The notes beneath the pieces were generated by a model, which made no database searches, was not told the DNA's origin, and saw nothing but the letters and a program-made list of their open reading frames with translations. A stretch of DNA of 64,000 nt from Stegostoma tigrinum (lineage: Eukaryota): positions 28,413,114 to 28,477,113 of the forward strand of contig NC_081381.1 in the NCBI RefSeq assembly GCF_030684315.1, read 5' to 3'. Shown here one piece after another: positions 62,584 to 64,000 of the stretch; position 1 is the stretch's first letter, and each line of letters starts with the position of its first letter. A program made the translations under genes and the position numbers.

Positions 62584-63757
62584 TCACTCCTGCTCTTCCA
62601 TCTCCTCCACCTTTTGCTTGTTCCTTCCATCAGTTGTCAGTTGCTCAAATTCACCAGTCTCAGAGTTCCACATGCAGTTTATTGTCACTTTGAAGGTTGC
62701 CATTTCAACACCAAGCAGTTTCTGCAGAAAAGACAGTGAACAGTGGGAATTGGTATCCATGTCACCAGTACTTGTATTTTTTTAAAACTCTAAATGCTGA
62801 AAATTGGACAATTCTTTTGACTTGCAAATATGTTTTGCAACTTAATGGCAGGTTCCAGCTGGTCATAGTGACTTCAATACTTGCAAGCTAATTATTGAAA
62901 ATAAAGACTAACCAGAAGACGTGCTTGTTCAGGGGTCAGCGAGGCACCTTCTTTACATACATCATAATCAGATAATAATGTCACAACACCTAGGAGAGAG
63001 ACCACAAGTGAAATCCAACTACTGTTGACTGTTCCAAATCTTATTCTTTCCTCTATGACAGTAGAAAATTAGATCACCAGCTACTATGTCATTGTCAGTT
63101 TGCATAAATTGCTATTGTTTACTACCATACCTTTCTTCAGAGTGGTTGGTAACCCAAGCTGTCGCAATTGTGGCTCAAGAGAGTGTGTGAACTGTGGCAG
63201 GGGCCCAGCATCGAGTGTAACGGCCATTGTAGCTACATTCCCAGCACGAGCAAAATCAGACTCTGTGTACTGCTCAAACCACCTACCAATTTGGGAAAGA
63301 CAGCATGTTACTCAGTAGAAAGACTAAAGAATTAAAAAGGAGTGGGAGTAGCTAAAGCAGGTCAAAGGAAGTGGACAGAAAAAAAGACTCACTTGATCAC
63401 TTGCACTTTTGTTCGATTAGTGAACAGAAGACCAACTTCACCTTGCAACTGCTTGCTGACCTAGAGAGAGAAAAGATTCTGCAGATGCTGGTAGTATTCA
63501 GATCAGGCTGCATTGGGAGAATGCAATGCAGGATTAATATTTCACAAAGACCTTTCACCGTAACTGAGGCAAGACAAACTTGAAACATTAACCCATGAAA
63601 CAAGTTTTCATTATGGAAATTTAAACTCAAAAGATGATTCTCTGGTCACAAACACGGCCAATTCAGAAAGCATACCTTGTGCAAACCATCCTTGTATTCA
63701 TCTGCTGGTTCTTTTCCCAGTGCCACCATCATCACTTTGTTTTTACCAAAGAAAAAC
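62584..63757 (-). CDS. MRTO4: mRNA turnover protein 4 homolog (60S ribosome biogenesis), 3' five exons: 63676-63757, 63393-63460, 63131-63282, 62913-62989, 62584-62721
   Basis: [28 protein letters not shown]|[23 protein letters not shown]|[15 protein letters not shown]...[16 protein letters not shown]|[25 protein letters not shown]|[12 protein letters not shown]...EEMEEQE*; all GT-AG and in phase; 5' exons lie beyond the right edge. Confidence 0.96.
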
Positions 63758-64000
63758 CTGTTTAAGCACAGAACAATAGTTTCACACTTAAAACTGATAG
63801 CAATGATAAGAGTACATAAAAATGAAGTCAAGCTATTTACATCACTAGGTAATTGGTGAAGAGGGAAGAGACAGTCGAGATAATGAACATGCATTCAATT
63901 TGCAGAATCTAACAAGTGGTTCAGAATATTCTGAAGAGGTATCATACCCTGTCTCTCATCATGAATGCTGTCATACAGGAGTTCCCGCAGCACTTTGTTT

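Overview
Vertebrate genomic DNA, very probably from a shark or ray (inferred from a HE1-type tRNA-derived SINE and CR1/HER1-like LINEs). I assembled five intron-containing genes by hand from GT-AG junctions with consistent phases: AGTRAP (-, exons 1-4; last exon lies off the left edge), DRAXIN (-, complete CDS, ~351 aa), MAD2L2/REV7 (+, complete, 211 aa), an AKR7A aflatoxin aldehyde reductase (+, complete, 347 aa) and MRTO4 (-, last five exons). Introns and intergenic DNA are packed with retroelements: a decayed Gypsy-like LTR element, many CR1/L2 LINE pieces, SINEs and three to four families of Penelope-like elements (PLEs). The strongest non-obvious signal is about 15 minimal type-I hammerhead ribozyme motifs in the PLE termini, several with intact catalytic cores. 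The PLEs recur as asymmetric inverted (foldback) insertions with target-site duplications, nested in each other and in host introns. PLE-associated hammerheads are a known class; I cannot show that these families are new or active. All homology calls are from recognition of the sequence, not from database searches.
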